Shown here: positions 38,048 to 47,230 of the stretch, piece by piece | How positions within the stretch are numbered: the first letter of the stretch is position 1 | How the letters are laid out: every line of letters begins with the position of its first letter | NCBI GenBank assembly: GCA_045601325.1 | Contig: JAZRZI010000021.1 | Span: 38,191-102,190, forward strand | DNA: 64,000 nucleotides | From: Bacilli bacterium | GTDB taxonomy: Bacteria; Bacillota_I; Bacilli_A; RFN20; CAG-826 | Reading direction: 5' to 3' | Program-made: the position numbers and the translations under genes | The notes under the pieces: model-generated | What the model saw: the letters and a program-made list of their open reading frames with translations, nothing else | Database searches by the model: none | What the model was told of the DNA's origin: nothing

Positions 38048-39052
38048 TTAAAATAGTTTTTCTTGATGGATGATTTTTAAATGTTTATAGGCCTTATCAT
38101 TTGCAATTCTGCCACGAGGTGTTCGATCAATAAATCCTATTTGAATTAGATAAGGTTCATATACATCTTCAAGGTTCATAATTTCCTCACCTATTGCGCT
38201 AGCTAAAGTTTCCAAACCAACAGGACCGCCTTTGAACCTTTCAATTAAAGTTTCGAGATATTTTACATCAACATCATCCAAACCAATTTCATCAACTTTT
38301 AAAGCTGATAAAGCATACATTGCATCCTCTAATGTGATGTTTTCTTTGCCACTATAATTGGCAAAATCTCTTACTCTTCTAAATAATCTATTTGCAATAC
38401 GTGGAGTTCCACGACTTCTCTTTGCTATTTCATAAGCAGCTTCTTTTGAAATGCCTGTATTAAACACTTTAGCTGTTCTAAGAACGATTTGTTCAACTTC
38501 ATCAATATCATAAAATGATAATTTTTCTGTGATGCCAAATCTCGCTCTTAAAGGTGAACTTAAGTTACCAGCACGTGTTGTTGCACCAATTAATGTGAAA
38601 GGTGGCAAATCTAATGTAATAGCGCGACTTCCAGATTCTCTATTGATAACAACAGAAAACTTAAAATCTTCCATTGCGGTATATAAACTTTCTTCCACCA
38701 CTCTAGGTAGGCGGTGTATTTCATCAATGAATAAAATATCACCAGGTTCAAGTTCTGATAGCAATGCAGCTAAATCACCTGTTTTTTCTAAGCTTGGTCC
38801 ACTAGCCACATGAATATGAGAATGCATTTCATTTGCTACAACATCAGCAAGTGTTGTCTTTCCTAATCCAGGAGGGCCATATAAAAGAATATGATCAAGA
38901 GACTCTTCTCTATGAAGAGCAGCACCAATGAAGATTTCTAAATTCTTTTTCAAATCTTTTTGACCAACATATTCTTTTAATGTCTGAGGTCTTAATGATA
39001 GTTCTTCTTGTTTATCTTGGGAACATGGATTGGCATCGAGTAATCTAGACAT
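38048..39052 (-). CDS. ruvB: Holliday junction branch-migration helicase RuvB
   Basis: 334 aa; AAA+ Walker A GPPGLGKTT; RuvB C-terminal winged helix. Confidence 0.9.
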   Translation of the reverse strand: MSRLLDANPCSQDKQEELSLRPQTLKEYVGQKDLKKNLEIFIGAALHREESLDHILLYGPPGLGKTTLADVVANEMHSHIHVASGPSLEKTGDLAALLSELEPGDILFIDEIHRLPRVVEESLYTAMEDFKFSVVINRESGSRAITLDLPPFTLIGATTRAGNLSSPLRARFGITEKLSFYDIDEVEQIVLRTAKVFNTGISKEAAYEIAKRSRGTPRIANRLFRRVRDFANYSGKENITLEDAMYALSALKVDEIGLDDVDVKYLETLIERFKGGPVGLETLASAIGEEIMNLEDVYEPYLIQIGFIDRTPRGRIANDKAYKHLKIIHQEKLF

Positions 39053-39060
39053 ATAAAAAC

Positions 39061-39624
39061 CTACTTCTTCTTAAGTTCGTTTAATTTTGTGAGAGCAATT
39101 CTGAGAATTTCTTCCGGAGTTGCATTTGGTTCGTTTATAGTTGCAAGCACTCTTTCGATAGCAGCACCTTTAAATCCCATTTCTTTGAGAGCATCACTGA
39201 CATCATCATAAACAGTTGGGTCTCCTTTTGTACCGGTTAATTGTCCTTTTAAATCAAGAATAATTTGTGCGGCTGCTTTTCCACCGATACCAGGCAACTT
39301 TTTAAGGAAAGTAACATTGTTACTTGCAATAGCGTTAACAACTTGTTCAGGTGTTGTAGCGGATAATGCCCCAATAGCAGTTTTTGGTCCTAAACCTTTT
39401 ACTTTAATAAGAGATAAGAATACCTTCTTTTCATCTTCGGTTCTAAAGCCTACAAGGTATTGTTCATCCTCTCTAACTACGTTATATGTGTAAACAAGTA
39501 CCTCATCACCAATAACGTATTCATCAATATGGGAGACTAAAACTTGATATCCAACATCGTGAACATCAATGATGACGGTATCTTCGTCGATATTACTAAC
39601 TTTTCCTCTTAAGAAATAAATCAT
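39061..39624 (-). CDS. ruvA: Holliday junction DNA-binding protein RuvA
   Basis: 187 aa; OB domain followed by tandem HhH motifs (GLGPKTA, LPGIGGKAA). Confidence 0.85.
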   Translation of the reverse strand: MIYFLRGKVSNIDEDTVIIDVHDVGYQVLVSHIDEYVIGDEVLVYTYNVVREDEQYLVGFRTEDEKKVFLSLIKVKGLGPKTAIGALSATTPEQVVNAIASNNVTFLKKLPGIGGKAAAQIILDLKGQLTGTKGDPTVYDDVSDALKEMGFKGAAIERVLATINEPNATPEEILRIALTKLNELKKK

Positions 39625-39635
39625 AATTGTTCCTC

Positions 39636-39734
39636 CTATTGATATATTCCAATGAAAACAAACACAAATATAATCGCAATGACTGCTGCAATTAAAGAAC
39701 TTAAAATAGCAATTTCAACTCTGCGCCTGTTCAT
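39636..39734 (-). CDS. Candidate small ORF: 32-aa single-TM peptide (MNRRRVEIAILSSLIAAVIAIIFVFVFIGIYQ) between nadE and ruvA
   Basis: Not in the ORF track because it is under 60 aa. ATG lies 2 nt after the nadE stop, preceded by AGAGGA inside the nadE 3' end. Its TAG stop sits inside the ruvA RBS (AATAGGAGGAACAATTATG). Positive N-terminus followed by a hydrophobic helix. Confidence 0.3.
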   Translation of the reverse strand: MNRRRVEIAILSSLIAAVIAIIFVFVFIGIYQ

Positions 39735-39736
39735 TT

Positions 39737-40474
39737 TTATCCTCTAATAAATTCTTTAGGTGTTGGGATTGGCGATCTCTTGTGTTCACTAATTTTATGA
39801 AGATGTTCAATTCTTTGTTTAACAGCATCTGAAACGTCACCACCAAGCAAATAAGAATCTAAATCATTATATGTAATGCCCATTTCACCTTCATCTGTTT
39901 GTCCCTCAAACAAGCCTGCAGAAGGTATTCTTTCGGCAAGATTGTTAGAAACACCTAATATTTTGGCAGCTTCCACTACTTCTGATTTTGTCAAATAAAC
40001 GATAGGTAACAAATCAGCTGCACCATCACCATATTTAGTAAAGTATCCAGTGTATCTTTCATCCATATTATCAGTACCAAGTACCAATCCACGATGTTTT
40101 TGAGCGTAAGCATAAAGAATAGACATTCTAATTCTAACCTTAAGGTTAGATAATGTGGAAATGTCAAGTTCATGACCAATAGAAATGAATTTTTCTTTTA
40201 AAGAATGATAAGCTTCAGTTGCATCAATAACCAAGTAGTTAAGATCTAATTGGTTCGCTAAATCTAGGGCATCTTTTAAATCATTTGGATTAGATTCTAT
40301 CGGCATCATAATGCACATTAACTTATCTTTGCCAACCGCTTTTTTAGTTAAAGAAGCAACAAGTGATGAATCAACACCACCAGAAAGACCTAGGACATAG
40401 GTATTCATGCCTGTAGATTGCAAATAATCTTTTATAAAAGATTCGATTTCGTTTAAATATTCATTAAGTTTCAT
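39737..40474 (-). CDS. nadE: NH3-dependent NAD+ synthetase
   Basis: 245 aa; PP-loop SGGVDSS. Confidence 0.85.
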   Translation of the reverse strand: MKLNEYLNEIESFIKDYLQSTGMNTYVLGLSGGVDSSLVASLTKKAVGKDKLMCIMMPIESNPNDLKDALDLANQLDLNYLVIDATEAYHSLKEKFISIGHELDISTLSNLKVRIRMSILYAYAQKHRGLVLGTDNMDERYTGYFTKYGDGAADLLPIVYLTKSEVVEAAKILGVSNNLAERIPSAGLFEGQTDEGEMGITYNDLDSYLLGGDVSDAVKQRIEHLHKISEHKRSPIPTPKEFIRG

Positions 40475-40476
40475 AG

Positions 40477-41754
40477 CTATCTCACATAATCAAAAGAAAA
40501 ATCATCCAATATGACTGTATCTCCATCCTGGGCCCCCATATTTTCTAAGGCATCATCAATACGTAATTTTCTTAATCTCGACATTAAAAGCATCATACCT
40601 TCATCGGTTGATATATTTGTCATACGATAGAATTTAATAATTTTTTCACCAGTAATTCGCCATTCGCGTTTACCAGTCTTTTGAATTTCAAATTCTTTTT
40701 GTTCTTCATCTAAAGTATAGATCTTATGGTCTAATTCTTGTTCTTCTTCTGCGTAAAGAGGGAACAAAGGTGTTGATTCAATCAAATCAGCGCATTTATA
40801 TATGAGTTCATCAATGCCTTCCTCTGTCAATGCAGATATTGGAATGACATCACATTTAGTATGTGCTTTAAACTCTTCTAATCTTTCTAATGCACCATCT
40901 TCATCCATTTTACTAGCCACTATTATTTGTGGTCTTTTATCCAAACCAAAACCATAATTTTTAAGTTCTTGGTTAATAACAACAAAATCATTATATGGAT
41001 CTCTACTAGATTCGCCCATATCGATTATATGAACAATAACACGACATCTTTCAATGTGTCTTAGGAATTGAAGGCCAAGGCCTTTTCCTAAATGAGCGCC
41101 TTCGATAAGTCCTGGCAAATCCGCCATGACAAAAGAACGTTTATCCTTAGTATTAACAACTCCTAGATTTGGAACAATAGTTGTAAAAGGATAATCTGCT
41201 ATTTCAGGTCTTGCTGCTGAAACAACACTTAAAAGTGTTGATTTTCCAACACTAGGATAACCAACTAGACCAACATCAGCTAATAGTTTAAGTTCAAGAA
41301 TTAATCTTTTAGATTCTCCTGGCTCACCATTTTCTGCAATTTTAGGACATCTATTGGTCGGAGACTTAAAACAGCTATTGCCTCTTCCACCTCTTCCACC
41401 TTTAGCGACTCTTATAATTTTTCCATCTTCGTTTAAATCACCAACAAAAACATGGCCTTCTTCTTCAAAAATAACAGTACCGACTGGAACTTCCACAATC
41501 ATATCTTGTGCATTACATCCGTACTGATTCTTAATATCTCCTTTTTCTCCGTCTGCACCTATGAAAGCCTTAGAGTGTCTGAAGTTGAATAAAGTATTAA
41601 CTTTGCTATTTGCTTTTAGATAAATAGATGCACCACGACCACCATTACCACCAGCAGGTCCGCCTTTAGCGATATATTTTTCATGTAAAAAAGCAATGGC
41701 GCCATTGCCACCTTTTCCACTTCTAACTTCAATAATTGCTCTATCAATGAACAT
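40477..41754 (-). CDS. obg: GTPase Obg/CgtA
   Basis: 425 aa; Gly-rich Obg fold and G domain (GYPSVGKSTLL). rpmA-obg order as in B. subtilis. Confidence 0.9.
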   Translation of the reverse strand: MFIDRAIIEVRSGKGGNGAIAFLHEKYIAKGGPAGGNGGRGASIYLKANSKVNTLFNFRHSKAFIGADGEKGDIKNQYGCNAQDMIVEVPVGTVIFEEEGHVFVGDLNEDGKIIRVAKGGRGGRGNSCFKSPTNRCPKIAENGEPGESKRLILELKLLADVGLVGYPSVGKSTLLSVVSAARPEIADYPFTTIVPNLGVVNTKDKRSFVMADLPGLIEGAHLGKGLGLQFLRHIERCRVIVHIIDMGESSRDPYNDFVVINQELKNYGFGLDKRPQIIVASKMDEDGALERLEEFKAHTKCDVIPISALTEEGIDELIYKCADLIESTPLFPLYAEEEQELDHKIYTLDEEQKEFEIQKTGKREWRITGEKIIKFYRMTNISTDEGMMLLMSRLRKLRIDDALENMGAQDGDTVILDDFSFDYVR

Positions 41755-41789
41755 TTTGAAAATACCTCATATGTATTATACATACATAA

Positions 41790-41819
41790 ATAAAAAAAGA
41801 CCACAAATAATGTGGTCTT
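41790..41819 (-). terminator. Intrinsic terminator after rpmA
   Basis: AAGACCACA-TTATT-TGTGGTCTT followed by TTTTTTTATTT on the minus strand. Confidence 0.6.
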
Positions 41820-41837
41820 ATCTGAATAAAATTTTAA

Positions 41838-42122
41838 TTATTCGTTTGGAACAACTTTCACAGCTTTACGATCTTTACCAACACGATAGTATTTAACAAT
41901 ACCACTAGCTGTTGCAAAGATTGTATCGTCTTTACCAATTTTTGTATTTTCTCCTGGATAAATTCTAGTACCTCTTTGACGATAGATAATAGAACCACAG
42001 TGGCACCATTGGCCATCAGCAACTTTAGCACCTAAACGACGACCAGCAGAATCACGTCCGTTCTTAGTAGAACCGACACCTTTTTTGGAAGCGAAGAGTT
42101 GTAAATTTAATTTAAACATCAT
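41838..42122 (-). CDS. rpmA: 50S ribosomal protein L27, with the N-terminal propeptide cleaved by Prp
   Basis: …[20 protein letters not shown] matches the Firmicute L27 propeptide and its F|A cleavage site. Start set at an internal Met with a GGGTG RBS; the ORF track begins at 42134. Confidence 0.8.
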   Translation of the reverse strand: MMFKLNLQLFASKKGVGSTKNGRDSAGRRLGAKVADGQWCHCGSIIYRQRGTRIYPGENTKIGKDDTIFATASGIVKYYRVGKDRKAVKVVPNE

Positions 42123-42139
42123 AATGTAATACACCCTTT

Positions 42140-42445
42140 CTAAAGATTTTTGATTTGAACGAATTTAGGATATTCTTCAGCAATTGTTTTAAGTTGAACA
42201 ATAACTGTTTCTATCACAATTTCGTCATGAGAAGAAACTTTACCTTTAGGCTGCAACATAGCATATCCCTCGGATAATACAAATTCATAATCTTTAATTT
42301 GCTCAATATTATTGAATCCACCCGTGACTACAGCAGATACTGCAGCGCAAATTAGATCATTACCATATTCAGCACTATTGGAGTGTCCTTTGACTTCCAA
42401 TGATCTGAATTTGTTTTCTTCTTTCGTGATTAATACTTTAATCAT
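42140..42445 (-). CDS. Ribosomal-processing cysteine protease Prp (YsxB family)
   Basis: Lies between rplU and rpmA; conserved His…Cys pattern ([19 protein letters not shown]). ATG start chosen just after the rplU stop; the ORF track uses an upstream TTG at 42469. Confidence 0.7.
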   Translation of the reverse strand: MIKVLITKEENKFRSLEVKGHSNSAEYGNDLICAAVSAVVTGGFNNIEQIKDYEFVLSEGYAMLQPKGKVSSHDEIVIETVIVQLKTIAEEYPKFVQIKNL

Positions 42446-42449
42446 TTTG

Positions 42450-42758
42450 TTAGTTGTTAATGCTTTCAATGACTAAGCAAGTATATGGTTGACGATGACC
42501 TTTTGTCTTATGTTCGTTAGCCTTTGCTTTGTACTTGAAGACACGGATTTTCTTTGATAAACCTTGTTTTTCGACTTTAGCTGCAACAGTAGCTCCTTCA
42601 ACATATGGAGTACCAACAACAACTTTTTTGTCTCCAATTAAGAGAACTTTGTCAAATGTGTAAGTAGAACCAACTTCTGCATCAATCTTTTCGACAAAGA
42701 TTTTGCTACCTACTTCAACGCGAACTTGTTTACCACCAGTTTCAATAATTGCGTACAT
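42450..42758 (-). CDS. rplU: 50S ribosomal protein L21
   Basis: [17 protein letters not shown] canonical L21 N-terminus with a strong RBS AAAGGAGGG; the ORF track begins at 42785. Confidence 0.85.
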   Translation of the reverse strand: MYAIIETGGKQVRVEVGSKIFVEKIDAEVGSTYTFDKVLLIGDKKVVVGTPYVEGATVAAKVEKQGLSKKIRVFKYKAKANEHKTKGHRQPYTCLVIESINN

Positions 42759-42913
42759 AATGTCCCTCCTTTTAAATAGATTCACTAAGGACTCGCTATG
42801 AAGGTACTTCTTAAGAAGTTTAGGAACCTTTTCTATGCGGTTGTAGCTAGTGAGGCGACAACGTTAGTAATATAACATAAGTTATAAAATAAGGTCAAAT
42901 ATTTTTTAATTAA
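42759..42913 (-). ncRNA. Possible ribosomal-protein L21 leader (autoregulatory 5' UTR)
   Basis: Non-coding stretch of about 150 nt upstream of rplU containing short GC-rich paired segments (GTTGTAGCTAGTGAGGCGACAAC), in the position where Firmicutes carry the L21 leader. Not checked against a covariance model. Confidence 0.25.
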
Positions 42914-43594
42914 TTAATAATCTTTCAAACATTTTTCGAAAAAAGAATAATAACAAGAATCACAAATAATAAGATGATCAAGCAACTTAATCTTTAACCT
43001 TTCACACAGTGATAGAAGTTCTATTGTAAAAGAAATATCATTGTTAGATGGAAATGCATTATTACTAGGATGATTATGAGCAATATAAAAAGTATTGCAC
43101 CCACAAGACAAAACAGAATTGATAATAAGGCTAGGAGAAGAGATTAACGTATCTTCGTTTCCTATAGATATAACTTTTTCTTGAATTATTGACTTTCTAT
43201 AAATAGAAATAACTACTAGTTTTTCACTAATTTCATTACCAATTTTATTTTTCACTAGATTAGCTATAAAGTTATTATCTAAACGTTTCTTTTTATCAAT
43301 TAATTCAGCTTCTTTAGTCCGTTCACAAAGCTCAAAAACCGCGGTTAATTTCAAAGCTTTAGAATCTCCTATACCTTTGTATTGTTTAAACTGTCCATAG
43401 CTCATTTTCGAAATATTCTCTAACCCACAATTATCATTAAGAATTGTATTTGCAATTTCTAATGCTGATTCACTTTTGGACCCACTACTAATGATAATAG
43501 CCAAAAGTTCGGTTGTTGATAATTGTTCAATTCCTAAAAGTTTAGCCTTTTCTCTAGGCCTTTCAAAAATTGATAAGTCAATTATTCTAGCCAT
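42914..43594 (-). CDS. radC: RadC-like JAB/MPN-domain protein (UPF0758)
   Basis: N-terminal HhH-like region (DLSIFERPREKA…LSTTELLAIIISSG) and a JAMM-like motif HNHPSNNAFPSNND. Start set at the internal ATG directly after the upstream small-ORF stop; the ORF track begins at 43618. Confidence 0.75.
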   Translation of the reverse strand: MARIIDLSIFERPREKAKLLGIEQLSTTELLAIIISSGSKSESALEIANTILNDNCGLENISKMSYGQFKQYKGIGDSKALKLTAVFELCERTKEAELIDKKKRLDNNFIANLVKNKIGNEISEKLVVISIYRKSIIQEKVISIGNEDTLISSPSLIINSVLSCGCNTFYIAHNHPSNNAFPSNNDISFTIELLSLCERLKIKLLDHLIICDSCYYSFFEKCLKDY

Positions 43595-43596
43595 GA

Positions 43597-43779
43597 TTAG
43601 TTCCAAGTAAATTTCCAACCACCAGGAATTTGTGCTGTACCTTTTTTAGAAAAGAAAAGTTTGTAAACAACTATCGCCATTACCGCAACACACATAATTG
43701 CCATAATAGTAGTAACAGTAAAGGCTGCGCCAGTTACTTTGTTTTCTAATTCGTTTTCATTTAAAGCAATGTAGTTCAT
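43597..43779 (-). CDS. Small single-TM membrane protein (60 aa), hypothetical
   Basis: GGAGG RBS 6 nt before the ATG; hydrophobic core AAFTVTTIMAIMCVAVMAIVVY. The valS terminator hairpin upstream sequesters the RBS. Confidence 0.4.
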   Translation of the reverse strand: MNYIALNENELENKVTGAAFTVTTIMAIMCVAVMAIVVYKLFFSKKGTAQIPGGWKFTWN

Positions 43780-43834
43780 AAAAAAACCTCCTACTTATTA
43801 ATAGGAGGATTTTTCAATTTTTTTCAAAAAAATC
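43780..43834 (-). repeat. Copy B of the same leader element, upstream of the 60-aa membrane-protein gene
   Basis: Plus strand: aaaCCTCCTAcTTATtaATAGGAGGatttttcAAtttttttcaaaaaaa. Same order of CCTCCT, loop, AGGAGG and the T-run/CAAAAA block. The gene ATG lies 6-9 nt past the GGAGG. Confidence 0.5.
43781..43808 (-). terminator. Intrinsic terminator of valS (CCTCCTA-N8-TAGGAGG plus U-run); its 3' arm is the RBS of the 60-aa ORF
   Basis: Perfect 7-bp inverted repeat at 43787-43793 and 43802-43808, with a T-run on the minus strand. Confidence 0.5.
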
Positions 43835-46429
43835 TTATAAAAGTTTTCTTTTCTTCTCTAATAAGGAAACTAAATTTTCCTTATGCTTAGCGAGTTTTTC
43901 TTTTTCTAACTCTATTTTTGCAGCTGGAGCCTTAGAAACAAAGTTAGGATTTCCAAGCATTTTCTCACCTCTAGCAATCTCTGATTGTTCTTCTAAAATT
44001 TCTTTTTCAATTCTTGCTAAAATCTCATCTTTGCCTGCTTCATTGACAATTAATAAATCAGCGAAGTCATATATTTTTAACTCGCCATTCATATGAACGA
44101 TTTCCTCACCGACAAATTTAAGCTCAGAGAATGTAAACTTACTCAAATAAGTTTCAAAACCGTTAAACATATCTATTTTTAAATTCAAAGATAATTCTAA
44201 TTTAGCATTAGGAGCAATCTTGTTTTCAATTTTATAATTTCTTACATCTCTAACGATATCAATAATGAGTTCAACTTGTTTATCCTCTGATTCATCGATA
44301 AGATCATTTTCCACTATTGGGTAATCTTCCAACATAATAGATTCTTTATGGCCAGGCATATTGAGATATAACTCTTCTGCAATAAATGGAGTGTATGGAT
44401 AAATCATCTTAATGATAGATTTCAAACATTTAGCAAGAACTTGTCTAGTTGTCTCAACTACAGTTTCATTTTCTGAATAAAGAGATACTTTGCTCATTTC
44501 AAGATATTGAGAACAGAAATCATCATACACAAAATTATATAAATGGCTACTCGCAGCATTGAAATCATATTTATCCATATTCATGCTGACAGAAGCTATT
44601 GTCTTTTCAAGTTTATTGATAATCCATTGATCAACTGGTGAAAAATTAGTCTTATCTAATTCTTTTTCCATAAAGCCTTCTGGAAGTATGCTTAGAACAA
44701 ATCTAGCAGAGTTCCAAATTTTATTAAGATAGTTAGTTGATGCAACAATCTTTTCATCAATATAACGCATATCTTGTCCTGGTGTCGAATTGGTTGTTAA
44801 GAAATATCTGAGAGCATCAGCACCATATTGGTCTATAACAGCAATTGGATCAACGCCATTTCCTAATGTTTTAGACATTTTACGGCCCAATTCATCTCTA
44901 ACCAAGCCATGAATCACAACTTCCTTAAATGGTCTTTGTTTTGTCATTTCTAGTGATTGGAAAATCATACGACTAACCCAGAAGAAAATAATGTCATAAC
45001 CTGTTACTAATACATCAGTAGGAAAATATCTTTCTAAATCTGGGGTCTTATTTGGCCATCCCATTGTAGAAAATGGCCATAACGCTGATGAGAACCAAGT
45101 GTCCAAAACATCGCTTTCTTGTTCGTAATTTTCAATATCTTTTGGTGGATCCATTGACACGACGACTTCACCAGTGTGCTTATTAAAATAAGCAGGTATT
45201 CTATGTCCCCACCATAATTGACGAGAGACACACCAGTCTTCAACATTTTCCATCCATTGCGTAAAGACTTTTTCAAATCTTTCAGGAACAAAGTTAACTT
45301 TGCTATCTTTATCTTGATTTGCCAATGCTTGTTGAGCAAGAGGCTTCATTCTTACGAACCATTGCTTAGAGAGCATAGGTTCAACAACACAATGTGTTCT
45401 TTCAGAATGGCCAACAGGGTGAACAATATTTTCAATTTTCACCAAATTTCCAGACTCTTTTATATCGTTGACCAATACTTTTCTACATTCAAAACGATCC
45501 AAACCAACATATTTGCCACAAAGTTCGTTCATTGTAGCATTCTTATTAAATATAATTGGCATCTTTAATCCATATTTTTTACCAATTAAAAAGTCATTTG
45601 GATCATGAGCAGGTGTACATTTCATAGCACCTGTACCAAATTCGATATCAACATATTCGTCTGCGATAATTGGAATTTCTTCACCATTAGCAGGGTTGAT
45701 AACATTTTTGCCGATATACTTTGTGTATCTTTCATCGTTTGGATTAACAACAACACATGTATCGCCAAACATTGTTTCAGGTCTAGTTGTAGCGACAGTT
45801 AATGCTTCATCAGTGCCAACAATGTGATATAAGAAATAAAACATTTGGCCAGGATCATCTTCATGAATTACTTCAACATTTGACAAAGCAGTTCTTTGAA
45901 CAGGGTCCCAGTTAATGATTCTTTCGCCTTGATAAATCAATCCTTTATTATATAAATCAACAAATACTGTACGGACAGCATAGTTAAGACCTTCATCAAG
46001 GGTAAACCTTTCTCTCGAGTAATCTAATGATAGCCCCATTTGAGCCCATTGATCGTGTATGCTATTTGCATATTCATCTTTCCACGCCCAAGCGGTTTTC
46101 AAGAAATCCTCACGCGAAATTTTGGTAACATCAACACCAGATTTGCTCAATTTTTCCATTACTTTTGCTTGTGTAGCAATACCAGCGTGGTCCATACCTG
46201 GAAGCCATAAAACATCAAAGCCCTTCATTCTTTTATAACGAGCAATGATATCTTGGATTGTTGTATCCCAAGCATGGCCGATGTGAAGTTTACCAGTTAC
46301 ATTTGGAGGTGGAATAACAATTGAAAATGGTTGTTTAGACATATCACCTGCAGTGAAATAACCATTTTTCTTCCAATTTTCATACTTTCCAGCTTCTACT
46401 TCTTTGGAATTGTAACGTTTTTCTAACAT
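43835..46429 (-). CDS. valS: Valyl-tRNA synthetase
   Basis: 864 aa; class I HIGH (PNVTGKLHIGH) and KMSKS (KMSKTLGN) motifs; C-terminal coiled coil. Confidence 0.9.
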   Translation of the reverse strand: MLEKRYNSKEVEAGKYENWKKNGYFTAGDMSKQPFSIVIPPPNVTGKLHIGHAWDTTIQDIIARYKRMKGFDVLWLPGMDHAGIATQAKVMEKLSKSGVDVTKISREDFLKTAWAWKDEYANSIHDQWAQMGLSLDYSRERFTLDEGLNYAVRTVFVDLYNKGLIYQGERIINWDPVQRTALSNVEVIHEDDPGQMFYFLYHIVGTDEALTVATTRPETMFGDTCVVVNPNDERYTKYIGKNVINPANGEEIPIIADEYVDIEFGTGAMKCTPAHDPNDFLIGKKYGLKMPIIFNKNATMNELCGKYVGLDRFECRKVLVNDIKESGNLVKIENIVHPVGHSERTHCVVEPMLSKQWFVRMKPLAQQALANQDKDSKVNFVPERFEKVFTQWMENVEDWCVSRQLWWGHRIPAYFNKHTGEVVVSMDPPKDIENYEQESDVLDTWFSSALWPFSTMGWPNKTPDLERYFPTDVLVTGYDIIFFWVSRMIFQSLEMTKQRPFKEVVIHGLVRDELGRKMSKTLGNGVDPIAVIDQYGADALRYFLTTNSTPGQDMRYIDEKIVASTNYLNKIWNSARFVLSILPEGFMEKELDKTNFSPVDQWIINKLEKTIASVSMNMDKYDFNAASSHLYNFVYDDFCSQYLEMSKVSLYSENETVVETTRQVLAKCLKSIIKMIYPYTPFIAEELYLNMPGHKESIMLEDYPIVENDLIDESEDKQVELIIDIVRDVRNYKIENKIAPNAKLELSLNLKIDMFNGFETYLSKFTFSELKFVGEEIVHMNGELKIYDFADLLIVNEAGKDEILARIEKEILEEQSEIARGEKMLGNPNFVSKAPAAKIELEKEKLAKHKENLVSLLEKKRKLL

Positions 46430-46646
46430 ATAATTCTCCTTTGGGCAAAAATAAAACGCCCTTCTAAGGACGCTTGAAGCGCGGTACCACCTTAGTTCGT
46501 TTATTCAACGCACTTTATTCTCCTATTATTCGTTAGGCAACTATTCCTCCAAAGCGACCTTCACTATCTATTTGCGCCAGGCTTCCACCATCCCTAGCTC
46601 TCTATAGCAACTTTAATAGTTACTCTTCTTTTTCACCGGAATGAAT
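46430..46646 (-). promoter_or_regulatory. T-box riboswitch leader upstream of valS
   Basis: The minus-strand RNA carries the T-box consensus AAGGTGGTACCGCG (reverse complement of 46481-46494). Next comes a terminator hairpin (AAGCGTCC…GGGCGTTTTATTTTT) whose 5' arm overlaps the T-box, allowing antiterminator/terminator competition. Confidence 0.8.
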
Positions 46647-47225
46647 CTAGAGCATCTTTTCTATTAATGTTCTAAGATTATTTAATGTTTTTTGCTCGTT
46701 TGAAGAAGTTAAGAAGACATTCTCGTTAGAAATATCAACTTCATTTAAATGCTTGATGAAACGAGCTTTTTCACTTTGATTGACTTTGTCTACTTTTGTG
46801 GCAACAACAAAGAAATTAATTTTATTATCCTTAAGATAATTAAAAATTTCAATGTCATTGTCGCCAAGCTCTCTTCTAGAATCAATCAACAATAGAACGA
46901 GCTTGAGATGTTTGCTCTCGGCAAAATAAGTAGACATCATTTCGCCAAATAAAGCATCCAAATCTACCCCACCCTTAGCAAAACCATAACCAGGAGCATC
47001 AACAAGATAAAATTTGTTATCGATGTTGAAATAATTTAGCAACTTGGTATGGCCAGGCTTGGAAGATGTAAACGCTAAGTCTTTTCTAAAACATAGCGCA
47101 TTTATTAAAGATGATTTACCAACGTTACTTTTGCCAACAATCAAAACCTCTGGAAAGCAATCTTTCGGTGCTTCTTTTAAACCAGGAGCAGATTTGACAA
47201 AAGTAGCGTTTTTATAGTTAATCAT
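46647..47225 (-). CDS. engB: Ribosome-biogenesis GTPase YsxC/YihA (EngB)
   Basis: 192 aa; G1 motif GKSNVGKSSLINAL. Follows lon as in B. subtilis. Confidence 0.85.
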   Translation of the reverse strand: MINYKNATFVKSAPGLKEAPKDCFPEVLIVGKSNVGKSSLINALCFRKDLAFTSSKPGHTKLLNYFNIDNKFYLVDAPGYGFAKGGVDLDALFGEMMSTYFAESKHLKLVLLLIDSRRELGDNDIEIFNYLKDNKINFFVVATKVDKVNQSEKARFIKHLNEVDISNENVFLTSSNEQKTLNNLRTLIEKML

Positions 47226-47230
47226 TTTAA

